A program made the position numbers and the translations under genes. Shown here in pieces: positions 18,290-26,407 of a DNA stretch of 64,000 nt (position 1 is its first letter; each line of letters starts with the position of its first letter). The notes beneath the pieces were generated by a model. The model was not told where the DNA came from. It saw only the letters and a list, made by a program, of their open reading frames with translations, and did no database searches. Source of the stretch: Eubacteriales bacterium (GTDB taxonomy: Bacteria; Bacillota; Clostridia; Oscillospirales; CAG-272); NCBI GenBank assembly GCA_045588245.1, contig JAZNDW010000028.1:18094-82093 (forward strand), read 5' to 3'.

Positions 18290-20702
18290 CGTCGTTTGTT
18301 TTTGCGGACGATGCCACACGTATAACACATACGGTGGCGTCGTCCTTTTTTTGTAAGCGGCGCTCGGCTTCTTTGATGATCAAATCAGCCGTGTCGGCGG
18401 TGCCCCTGTCGCAAACGTCGGAAAGAAGCGTGCATAGCCAGACTGAGTCTCTGTCATCCTCGGCAACGCCGTCAGACACCATAACGATGATATCACCTAC
18501 CTCGGTGCGGACGGTCGTTTCCTCCGCGTCGAGAGAGCGAATGAGCCCGACGGGGATCGTCTTTGAATCGATGCGGAAAACCTCGCCTCCGCGCACGATG
18601 TATGAGGGAGCCGCACCGCTTTTGATGAAGTGCGCCTGACCTGTCAACAGATCAAAGTCGAGCATATCAACGGACGCAGAGCATTCTGCGCCTTTGGCGC
18701 GGATCATGGAATTCAACATTTGAAGCGTAACGGATGCGCTGTTTCCTGCCGACATCATCTTTTCGATGAAAAGGGCGCACATACCCGATGTAAGCGCCGC
18801 TTCGCGGCCGCTTCCCATGCCGTCGCTGATCAGAGCGCAATATCGGTCCTCTCTGCAGGGAAAACCCATCGCCGAATCTCCGCAGGCGGAGCTTTCGGAC
18901 TTAGTAGACTGCCTTTTTTGGAAAATGACTGAAAAAGACGCCTCCGAGCGCATTGTGGCATTGATGCTGCCGCCTTTAAGCTCAAATTCGGGCGACGAAA
19001 ACTCGCCGCCGCATACGTCTGAGGTGAGCCTGCGAAGGTCATCTTCGCCGATATGGATCTGAGAAAGCTTAAGATCGGAAATGAAAACGGTTTTTTTGCG
19101 GTTACCGAATATGCAAACTCTTTTTGCGTGTATTTTGTGCTCGCGCAGATGTGCGGCAAGCTTTTGTGAGAGCTTATGGTCGATTTCATAGTCGACTTGC
19201 CGCTCTGCGATCATGCCTGACAAAACCGACGAGATCGCACCGTAGTCAAACGCCATGATTTCGGTTTTGTCGGTGTCAATCAAGGAACGCAATAGCTCGG
19301 CATACGCTTCGTTGATTCCGCAACATAGCTCTTCGACGTGCCGACAGTTATCAGAGAGGAACGGCGGCACGTCGGTTTCGCGCAAAATACCGTTGTTAGC
19401 CACTTTAACGGCAACTTTGTCCCATGCATCCTCCGTTTCGCCTTCGTGTTCTGTATAGCAAAAATCACGCTTTTTGCATCGGCGGCAGATCTTGCGCTTT
19501 CCGTCAGCTATAACCTCTTTTACATCGAAAAAGCTCGGACGGCAAATCCGATCTGATAAACGGTAAAGCATATCCGAAAGCCCCGAAAAAGCATTGGCAC
19601 GCGCATGCAGCAAGGCATCTGTGTCTTCGCGGCGCAATCTATCCGTCAGTAGTATCGCTTCGGCGGGGACGGTGTCTGCTTTTTCTGACGGTTTTGCTGT
19701 CAATATATCTGAGTACATGACGACGGCGGCGAGTACACCGCCAAGTAAAAACGACGGTGCGACTGCGGTGGCGATGATGTATCCACCTGCATATATTGCC
19801 CAGGAAAGTGCCGCAAGCGAGCTTGCCGCTGTCGCAATATACGGCGATGCCGAGAATAAAATGCCGGAGGTGATTGCCGCCAAAGCGAAAACGGGCATAA
19901 GAGATGGCGGTAGTATCAGCCCCATGAAAAGACCGAAAATCACACTTTTGTAGGTTCCGTATCGCTTTGCGGCACAGATCGTCATCAACATCGCCGCGGC
20001 AACGGCGACATTTATCCCGAGAAGCGTCAGATTGCGTAAGACCGCAACGAGTGATACGACAAGTGCTGCCGCGCCTGCTTGTTTATATAAAGTAACGTCG
20101 TTTATTCCTTGCTTTGCCGTTACCGCAGAATACAAAAACGTCAGCGTCGGTGTGAGTATCACGTAAAGCAAAAATGCAAAAAGAGAAGCTAAAGAAAAAT
20201 CGGCATTGATCGCTTGATAGGCACCGAGAACGGCACCGCCGATGGTGGAGACCGCCATCTTTACGCGAAGCTTGTCCTCAAAATCGAAGATGCGGCGATG
20301 CGAATCGATGAAGATCACCGTCAAACGGCGCAAGCACAGAACCAACGTATAAACGGCAATGTCAACGGCGACCGAATCCGAAAAGATCAAAGCCGCAGTC
20401 AAAGTGCCAGCGTACGCCATCGGCGCCCATCGTCCCGAAGATGCCAAAAACGCAATACCCAAAGGGTACGTACCGATCACGATGTGCTCCGACGATAGGA
20501 TGAGCGCGGCAAAATAGTACAAAAGCGGCACCGCGCTCGTCAGCGCCGCGTAAGCTGCCGACAAAATCGCCGCGACCGTATTTTTTTCCGTTCGTGCAAC
20601 GGTATATGCTTTATTAATGTTTGCCACAGCAGATAACAGAAAAGCTTTGACTTGCAGGGAAAGCCTTGATAGCTCTTTTATAGGTTCGTTTTGATTGTTC
20701 AC
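18282..20702 (-). CDS. spoIIE: Stage II sporulation protein E (PP2C-type phosphatase with polytopic N-terminal membrane domain)
   Basis: 806 aa. About 10 N-terminal TM segments, a central regulatory region and a C-terminal PP2C domain (CGDSAMGF..., ALISDGMGSGREAA, IIVMVSDGV, DDATVCVIRV). GTG start at 20700-20702. Confidence 0.9.
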   Translation of the reverse strand: MNNQNEPIKELSRLSLQVKAFLLSAVANINKAYTVARTEKNTVAAILSAAYAALTSAVPLLYYFAALILSSEHIVIGTYPLGIAFLASSGRWAPMAYAGTLTAALIFSDSVAVDIAVYTLVLCLRRLTVIFIDSHRRIFDFEDKLRVKMAVSTIGGAVLGAYQAINADFSLASLFAFLLYVILTPTLTFLYSAVTAKQGINDVTLYKQAGAAALVVSLVAVLRNLTLLGINVAVAAAMLMTICAAKRYGTYKSVIFGLFMGLILPPSLMPVFALAAITSGILFSASPYIATAASSLAALSWAIYAGGYIIATAVAPSFLLGGVLAAVVMYSDILTAKPSEKADTVPAEAILLTDRLRREDTDALLHARANAFSGLSDMLYRLSDRICRPSFFDVKEVIADGKRKICRRCKKRDFCYTEHEGETEDAWDKVAVKVANNGILRETDVPPFLSDNCRHVEELCCGINEAYAELLRSLIDTDKTEIMAFDYGAISSVLSGMIAERQVDYEIDHKLSQKLAAHLREHKIHAKRVCIFGNRKKTVFISDLKLSQIHIGEDDLRRLTSDVCGGEFSSPEFELKGGSINATMRSEASFSVIFQKRQSTKSESSACGDSAMGFPCREDRYCALISDGMGSGREAALTSGMCALFIEKMMSAGNSASVTLQMLNSMIRAKGAECSASVDMLDFDLLTGQAHFIKSGAAPSYIVRGGEVFRIDSKTIPVGLIRSLDAEETTVRTEVGDIIVMVSDGVAEDDRDSVWLCTLLSDVCDRGTADTADLIIKEAERRLQKKDDATVCVIRVASSAKTNDVI

Positions 20703-20935
20703 GACTCACGTCCTCCAATAAATCGGGATTTTTAATTTCCCCACCATTTTATACGCAAGTGTGCCGTGTGGGCGGTCGAAAGCGGACTGTCGCGTTGTAG
20801 CCGTAAAAATCGGTTAATGACCGCGAACGTGCGGAAATGTCGTTGGCTGAGTATTTTCCGTGCGAGAAGGGAAGGTGGTTGTCGCTCTTGGTCAAGTACC
20901 CGATGAAAAGTATCGTCCGAAAAATATTTTTCGTC

Positions 20936-20978
20936 AAAAAAGAACCAACGCCGTTGGAAATCGACGTTGGTTCTTTTG
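20936..20978 (-). terminator. Rho-independent terminator downstream of hflC
   Basis: Stem AGAACCAACG (20941-20950) pairs with CGTTGGTTCT (20965-20974). The A-run at 20936-20941 reads as a T-run on the minus strand, and TTTT follows on the plus strand. Confidence 0.75.
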
Positions 20979-21011
20979 TATACTGTATATATTTACATTT
21001 CCTACCGTGAA

Positions 21012-21941
21012 TTATTCGGTAACTTCCTCGCTGTCGGCTTGAAAATTGCCCGCAAGTATATTTCCGAGCACGGAGTCAGAACCGAGAATAACGGTTTTTT
21101 CGTCACCCGAAAGGGTAGCCTTGAGAGCTTCCAGCGCACGTGTAAATTCATAGAATTCCTTTTTGTCGTCCGTGTTGTAAGCTTCTGCGAGCAGACGCAT
21201 ATATTCAGCCTCGCCTTCAGCTTCGATGCGAGCAGCTTCTGCGGTCGCATCGGAGATGATGATGTTGACTTGCTTGTTGACCTCGTTGCGGATGAGGGAA
21301 GCCTCGTATTCACCGTTTGCTGTATATTCGGCAGCGATTCGTTCACGGTCGGAGATCATACGCTCGTAAACTGCCTGTTCGTTTGCTTCGGGCAGGTCAA
21401 AACGCTTGATCTTAACGTCGATAACGGTGATACCGTACACCTTTGCATTGTCGGAAACCTCCGTCGTAATGCCTGCGTAGATGTCGTTACGCTCGCTCGC
21501 ATCGTCCTGATTAATGATGTCGTCCTGATTGAGTCTACCCATAAGGTTTTTGAGCGAATTGTACGTTAATGCATCAAGTCGGGTTTCAGCTTCGCTGATC
21601 GAACCTACCGCCTGATAGAACGTTTTCGGATCGGTGATCTTCCAGGTGAGGTAGCTGTCGACGGTCATGCTTTTCTGGTCGGCAGTCAAAACTTCGGACG
21701 CGGGGATGTCATATAAAAGCACCGTCTTCGGGAATGTACGCACCTCGTCTATGAAGGGCATCTTGAAGTGAAGTCCCGCATTTTCGGTGATGATCTCAAT
21801 TTTTGAGAAACGGAATACGCAGGCGTATTCGTTCTCGGCAACGGTATAAAATGAGTTAAAAAGCACAACGACGGCGACGACCGCAAGGATAGCCAACACG
21901 ACGATGACACTTACTTTAGCTTTGGATTTTGCCATGATCAT
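21012..21941 (-). CDS. hflC: SPFH/band-7 protein HflC (protease modulator)
   Basis: N-terminal signal anchor and an SPFH domain (FRFSKIEIITENAGLHFKMPFIDEV...). C-terminal coiled-coil EAEGEAEYMRLLAEAY. Paired with hflK directly upstream. Confidence 0.8.
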   Translation of the reverse strand: MIMAKSKAKVSVIVVLAILAVVAVVVLFNSFYTVAENEYACVFRFSKIEIITENAGLHFKMPFIDEVRTFPKTVLLYDIPASEVLTADQKSMTVDSYLTWKITDPKTFYQAVGSISEAETRLDALTYNSLKNLMGRLNQDDIINQDDASERNDIYAGITTEVSDNAKVYGITVIDVKIKRFDLPEANEQAVYERMISDRERIAAEYTANGEYEASLIRNEVNKQVNIIISDATAEAARIEAEGEAEYMRLLAEAYNTDDKKEFYEFTRALEALKATLSGDEKTVILGSDSVLGNILAGNFQADSEEVTE

Positions 21942-21972
21942 AATTACCTTTCTTTAGTATTGTTGCGGTGAA

Positions 21973-22968
21973 TCAGTTGCCCGACGGAGGAGCTACAGTT
22001 GATTCGATAAGGCTTTCAAGCGGGAGCAGCATTTCAATGTTGCTTCCGTCGCTCGCTGTGTTAAGGTATACCTTAACGTTAGGCAGAACTTCGCAAATCA
22101 TTTCATAGTACATACGTGTGCGGGTTATGGATGGCGCATTCGCGTATTCGGTATACATCGCCTCAAACATAGCAACAGCTTCTTTAGCCTCGTTGATACG
22201 GTTCTGCTTTAAGTATTCGGCATTCTGCAAGAGGGCGTTTGCCTCGGCATTTGCGGCAGGTATCTGCGCATTCTGGAAAGCTTCCGCTTCGTTGATAACC
22301 TTTTCAGCGGACTGTTTCGCCGTTTCAACAGCCTTGAATGCCGCCGTTACCGTTTCTGTCGGAGGTTCGCTGTCCTGAATGGAAACGTCAACAAGAACAA
22401 GACCGATGTCATAGGATGTAAGGATCTCCGCGATAAGATCCTTTACCTTGATCTGAATTTCAGGTTTACCGTCTGTCAGCACGCTGTCAACGTCGGTTGA
22501 GCCGACGACGCTGCGGATCTGGCTCTGAACGAGATTCTTAAGAATAAGATCGGGTTCAGCGGAGCTGTACAGATATTTCACAGGATCGGATATTTTATAC
22601 TGAACGAAGAAATCGACGTTAACGATGTTATAATCTCCCGTGATCATTTTGCTTTCCTCTTCCTTGACGACTACGGTGGCGTCAGGCTCGGAGGTGTAGC
22701 CGATCTCGATCTTCTGATATACGTTGACCTCGACCATTTCTACCTTTTGTATGCCGAAGGGGAGCTTGAAATGGATGCCTGCTTCGGTTGTGTCGGTAAC
22801 CTTGCCTAAAGTTGTAACGACGGCGCGTTCCTGCTCGTCAACCGTATACCAGCAGCTTCCGATTACAGAAAACACAAGAATGAGGATAACGCCCCAGACT
22901 ATATACGTCTTATACTTGCCGAAGTTGATCGGCTTTTTGGTTTTGTCGAAAAATTCCGAATTGTTCAT
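21973..22968 (-). CDS. hflK: SPFH/band-7 protein HflK
   Basis: TM anchor, an SPFH domain (VDEQERAVVTTLGKVTDTTEAGIHFKLPFGIQKV) and a C-terminal alanine/glutamate-rich coiled coil. The gene order hflK-hflC is classical. Confidence 0.8.
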   Translation of the reverse strand: MNNSEFFDKTKKPINFGKYKTYIVWGVILILVFSVIGSCWYTVDEQERAVVTTLGKVTDTTEAGIHFKLPFGIQKVEMVEVNVYQKIEIGYTSEPDATVVVKEEESKMITGDYNIVNVDFFVQYKISDPVKYLYSSAEPDLILKNLVQSQIRSVVGSTDVDSVLTDGKPEIQIKVKDLIAEILTSYDIGLVLVDVSIQDSEPPTETVTAAFKAVETAKQSAEKVINEAEAFQNAQIPAANAEANALLQNAEYLKQNRINEAKEAVAMFEAMYTEYANAPSITRTRMYYEMICEVLPNVKVYLNTASDGSNIEMLLPLESLIESTVAPPSGN

Positions 22969-23111
22969 TTGTTTTTCCTTTCGAAAAAGATATAGCGTTC
23001 AACGCTTACACTATAGATTATACAACGCAATCACATGATTGTCAAGTGAATTCCAAAGAAATTTATTAACATTTTGTAAATCATTGACTGTGGGGAAAAT
23101 CGCAAACGATA

Positions 23112-23141
23112 TTGAAAAGCGACACGGAGATATGATACAAT
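23112..23141 (+). promoter_or_regulatory. Candidate sigma-A promoter for tadA
   Basis: TTGAAA (23112-23117), an 18-nt spacer, then TGaTACAAT (extended -10; TACAAT at 23136-23141). Confidence 0.4.
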
Positions 23142-23179
23142 TATAAGGTATACGAACACAATAGCGAAAGGCGGCACGT

Positions 23180-23653
23180 ATGACGAACGAATGCAGTATT
23201 GACGAAATATTTATGAGAGAAGCCATGCTTGAAGCGGAGCGTTCGGCAGAGCTCGGCGAGGTGCCTGTTGGGTGTGTTATCGTATATGACGGGCAGATCA
23301 TCGCACGTGGCGCAAATGCACGCGAAACGGACAAAAACGCACTCCGTCACGCAGAGCTGACGGCGATAGACCGTGCTTGCACGGCACGCGGCGGCTGGCG
23401 CCTTTTCGGATGTACTCTCTACGTCACGCTTGAGCCGTGCCCCATGTGCGCGGGCGCCATCGTCAATTCCCGTATCGACCGCGTCGTATACGGAGCAAGC
23501 GACACGAAAGCGGGAGCTTTCGGAAGCGTACTTGACCTGAACACGTTTCCGCTGAATCACAAGCCCGAGATCACGTCGGGTGTTCTCGGCACGGAATGCG
23601 GAATGATGCTGTCCCGATTTTTCGCGCACCTGCGTGAGTCAAGAAAAAAGTAA
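23180..23653 (+). CDS. tadA: tRNA adenosine(34) deaminase
   Basis: CDA-fold zinc motifs HAELTAIDRA and TLEPCPMCAGAI. 157 aa. Confidence 0.92.
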   Translation: MTNECSIDEIFMREAMLEAERSAELGEVPVGCVIVYDGQIIARGANARETDKNALRHAELTAIDRACTARGGWRLFGCTLYVTLEPCPMCAGAIVNSRIDRVVYGASDTKAGAFGSVLDLNTFPLNHKPEITSGVLGTECGMMLSRFFAHLRESRKK

Positions 23654-23676
23654 AACTATAAAAAACGGTGTAAAAG

Positions 23677-23710
23677 GAAAACCGTATGGCACGTGCCATA
23701 CGGTTTTTTG
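23677..23710. terminator. Bidirectional rho-independent terminator between tadA and the convergent LOG-family gene
   Basis: Perfect palindrome AAAACCGTATGGCAC / GTGCCATACGGTTTT (23678-23707) flanked by A- and T-runs. Confidence 0.85.
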
Positions 23711-24244
23711 TTATTTACTCAAATATTCCATAATCTCTTCAGCCGTATCGCAGAAGTGACATAGGGAAAGATTATCCTCACGCATAAAGCCTTCTTCGAC
23801 GGTTCGGAGCAGTAGAGCGTGAAGTTGTTCGTAACATCCGTCTACGTTATAGATCGCAATCGGTTTATTCATTCTGCCAAGCTGACACAAAACGAGCACT
23901 TCAAAAAACTCTTCGTAAGTGCCGATGCCGCCTGGAAGCACTGCGAACGCATCGGACATATCCTCAAGCAGCGCCTTGCGCTCTCGCATCGTTTCCGTGT
24001 AGATAAACTCGTCACATTCCTCGTAAAGAACACCCGGAACGTCGAAAAACTTCGGAGCAATTCCGACAGCAACACCGCCCGCGGCTTTGATTCCGCGAGC
24101 CGCTTCTCCCATTACGCCCGTGGCGCCGCCGCCGAACACGAGACTGTGACCGTGCCCGGGCAGCATTTTTCCGAAATCATACGCCGCTTTAAGATAGCGA
24201 GAGGGGATGTCGTTACTCGATGCACCGAAAACACAAATTTTCAT
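23711..24244 (-). CDS. LOG-family (TIGR00730) nucleotide 5'-monophosphate nucleosidase / lysine-decarboxylase-like protein
   Basis: Motifs GGGATGVMGEAARG and PGGIGTYEEFFE (PGGxGTxxE). Confidence 0.85.
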   Translation of the reverse strand: MKICVFGASSNDIPSRYLKAAYDFGKMLPGHGHSLVFGGGATGVMGEAARGIKAAGGVAVGIAPKFFDVPGVLYEECDEFIYTETMRERKALLEDMSDAFAVLPGGIGTYEEFFEVLVLCQLGRMNKPIAIYNVDGCYEQLHALLLRTVEEGFMREDNLSLCHFCDTAEEIMEYLSK

Positions 24245-24266
24245 AGTGTGCTCCTTTTTGTGATAG

Positions 24267-25334
24267 TCAGTTATATTGCTGCAGGTCGATCATGCCAATG
24301 ATGGCGTCGGCGATAACCTCATGCCCCTTGGCATTGGGGTGCGGGTCTGCGGACATGAATATGGTCGCGTAATCATCGTCCGAGCCGATGAAAGCGTCGG
24401 AATTAACGACGTCGGTCAGCTCCGAAAAAGCGCCATAAATGTTAACTACGTCATAGCCGAGCGTGTCGGCATTCTCTGTGATAACACTGTTCAAGGCTTT
24501 TACGAGGCGGTCTGTTTCGGCAGAAAGATCAAGCTCGTTTGAAATGAAATCAAGAGTCAGATCCATGTGCCTGTACGGATTGTATATCGTCTGGAAAATG
24601 ATCTTTGCGTCAGGCGCGGCATCGCGTAAGAGAGAGATGATACGCGGCAATTCTACGCCGAAGTCAGCAATGCCGCTTGCTGTTTGCGTCAGTAGATCGG
24701 TATATATCTGCGGCAGCATCATGTCGCGCAGATTCTCGTCCTGTATGGACAGATACATATAATATTCACCGAGATTATCGAGCGCGGGACCGAGAACGTT
24801 GTTGGCTCCGATGCTGACGGTGACGATGTCGGCGGCGGCGAGCTCGGGAGCGCCGCCACCCTCAAGTAGCTCGATCAGGTCGGAGCCCTTGTCGCCGCTG
24901 ACAGCATAATTGTAAACGTTTGATTTATAGCCGTCGACGGCATCGATATGGTTTCCTATGAGAGTTGAATATCTCTGTGTCATAACGGAAGGCAACGCAT
25001 ATCCGTATGCGATCGAGTCGCCGAGAGCGACGTATTTTACGAAAATATCGTCGTGAGTTTCGTCAGGCTTTGCCGCAACGTCGGTGTCAGCAGGGATCTC
25101 CGTATCCGTTTCGGTGTCCGACGGTTCCGTATCGGTCGATTCCGTAATAGCATCGGTTTCGGTATCGGTTTCAGTTTCAGTTTCAGTTTCGGTTTCAGTT
25201 TCAGTGTCCGTTTCGGTTTCGGTCAAATCCGACGAATCCGTTACATCGCTGTCCGAACCGTCGGCGCAGGCAACGAATGAAAACATCAGTGCAAATATAA
25301 GCACAGTCAGTATGAACTTAAAATAATTATTCAC
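24267..25334 (-). CDS. SGNH/GDSL-family hydrolase lipoprotein with a (T-E/T-D)n acidic linker
   Basis: Signal peptide with lipobox-like FVAC. Low-complexity TETETDTETETETETETETDTETD. SGNH block I ALGDSIAYGY, block III SIGANN and block V DPHPNAKGH. Confidence 0.8.
   Translation of the reverse strand: MNNYFKFILTVLIFALMFSFVACADGSDSDVTDSSDLTETETDTETETETETETETDTETDAITESTDTEPSDTETDTEIPADTDVAAKPDETHDDIFVKYVALGDSIAYGYALPSVMTQRYSTLIGNHIDAVDGYKSNVYNYAVSGDKGSDLIELLEGGGAPELAAADIVTVSIGANNVLGPALDNLGEYYMYLSIQDENLRDMMLPQIYTDLLTQTASGIADFGVELPRIISLLRDAAPDAKIIFQTIYNPYRHMDLTLDFISNELDLSAETDRLVKALNSVITENADTLGYDVVNIYGAFSELTDVVNSDAFIGSDDDYATIFMSADPHPNAKGHEVIADAIIGMIDLQQYN
25154..25223. repeat. Imperfect hexanucleotide tandem repeat (GTTTCR)n, about 11 units, inside the lipoprotein gene
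   Basis: The plus strand reads CGGTTTCGGTATCGGTTTCAGTTTCAGTTTCAGTTTCGGTTTCAGTTTCAGTGTCCGTTTCGGTTTCGGTC. This encodes the T-E/T-D dipeptide run on the minus strand. Confidence 0.9.
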
Positions 25335-25337
25335 AGT

Positions 25338-26261
25338 TTATTCCTCGTTATTTTCTTCGTCGAAAAGTAAAGTGATGCTTCGACCGTCGTGCCCGCATTC
25401 GGCGGCAGGAAATATGGCGCACGCTTCGTTCATATAGTCAGACGGATTCGGCATAGAAGGAGAAAAATGCGTCAGCCAGAAACGGCGCGGCGACGCGTCG
25501 CGTGCAAGTGACGCCGCCTCGGCGAACGTCATGTGCTTCGTTTTGATCGCCTTGTCGTGCTTGTCTTCATCCCCGTACATTCCCTCGCAGATGAAAAGAT
25601 CGGAGTCGTATGCCATCTCGGAAATAATCGGTGTCGGGCGCGTGTCCGTGCAGTATGTCACCTTGATCCCGCGTCTCTGCGGGCCAAGCACCATATCGCT
25701 CGTGTAAGTGACTCCGTCGTATTCAACGGACTCGTTTTTTTGCAGTGCATTCCAAACGCGAAGCGGAACGTTATTTGCGATAGCGCGGTCGCGGTTAAAT
25801 TTTCCGACGCGCGGAATCTGAACGGAAAAACCGTATGTCGGAAGCGTATGATTCACGCGAAACGCCGTTATGTGAAAGCCGTCGATCGTGACGGTTTCCG
25901 TGCGCTCGGTGACAGGACGGCATATAACCTCAAACGGAAGCTCGGGCGCAATAGCCAAAAGTGCACGAACGTATTTTTCGATGTGCTGTGGACCGATAAT
26001 GGTAACAGGCTCGGTTCGTCCCTCGCCACCCATTGAAAGAAGCATTCCAGGCAGTCCGCTCATGTGATCGGCGTGATAGTGGGAAATGCAGATAACACCG
26101 ATCGGCTTAAAGGGGAGGGAAGCGTGCTTCATGGCGATCTGTGTACCCTCGCCGCAGTCGATCATAAGGCATTTTCCGTTGTGCCGCATAAAGCAAGAGG
26201 AGAGCCATCTGTTTTTGAGCGGTATTGTGCCGCCGCATCCTGTTAACGTAACGTCAAGCAT
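25338..26261 (-). CDS. rnz: Ribonuclease Z (metallo-beta-lactamase fold)
   Basis: MLDVTLTGCGGTIP N-terminus and HxHxDH motif (ISHYHADHMSG). Later His/Asp ligands are in context (AFRVNHTLPTYG, CTDTRP, THFS). The start at the MLDV methionine (26261) is preferred over the 15-codon extension in the ORF track. Confidence 0.85.
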   Translation of the reverse strand: MLDVTLTGCGGTIPLKNRWLSSCFMRHNGKCLMIDCGEGTQIAMKHASLPFKPIGVICISHYHADHMSGLPGMLLSMGGEGRTEPVTIIGPQHIEKYVRALLAIAPELPFEVICRPVTERTETVTIDGFHITAFRVNHTLPTYGFSVQIPRVGKFNRDRAIANNVPLRVWNALQKNESVEYDGVTYTSDMVLGPQRRGIKVTYCTDTRPTPIISEMAYDSDLFICEGMYGDEDKHDKAIKTKHMTFAEAASLARDASPRRFWLTHFSPSMPNPSDYMNEACAIFPAAECGHDGRSITLLFDEENNEE

Positions 26262-26407
26262 ATTTATCATTCTCCTCTTCTTTTGATTTTGGACCGTGAC
26301 AGTCAAATTTACTTATTCGATTTTATCATATCTTTCTCATTTTTTCAATAGTTAATACTTACAATAGAAAAGGGACCGTGCGGATAACACAATCCCTGTG
26401 TGTTTTT

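Noticed and set aside
20755-20935. Possible small structured RNA (SRP RNA, 6S RNA or a riboswitch) in the long spoIIE/hflC intergenic region.
   Set aside because: I found no SRP domain IV motif, no 6S-like extended hairpin and no recognisable riboswitch core on either strand. The region is better explained as the spoIIE promoter and leader. This needs an Infernal/Rfam scan to be certain.
25154-25223. Possible CRISPR-like or other non-coding repeat array.
   Set aside because: The unit is only 6 nt with no spacers, and it lies in-frame within a lipoprotein gene. It is a coding microsatellite. No repeat-spacer architecture exists anywhere in the window.
26307-26407. Terminator for clpC and promoter for rnz in the 100-nt gap.
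   Set aside because: Only short imperfect stems are present (AGGGA/TCCCT and ACACA/TGTGT) next to a T-run. This is not convincing enough to annotate as a terminator.
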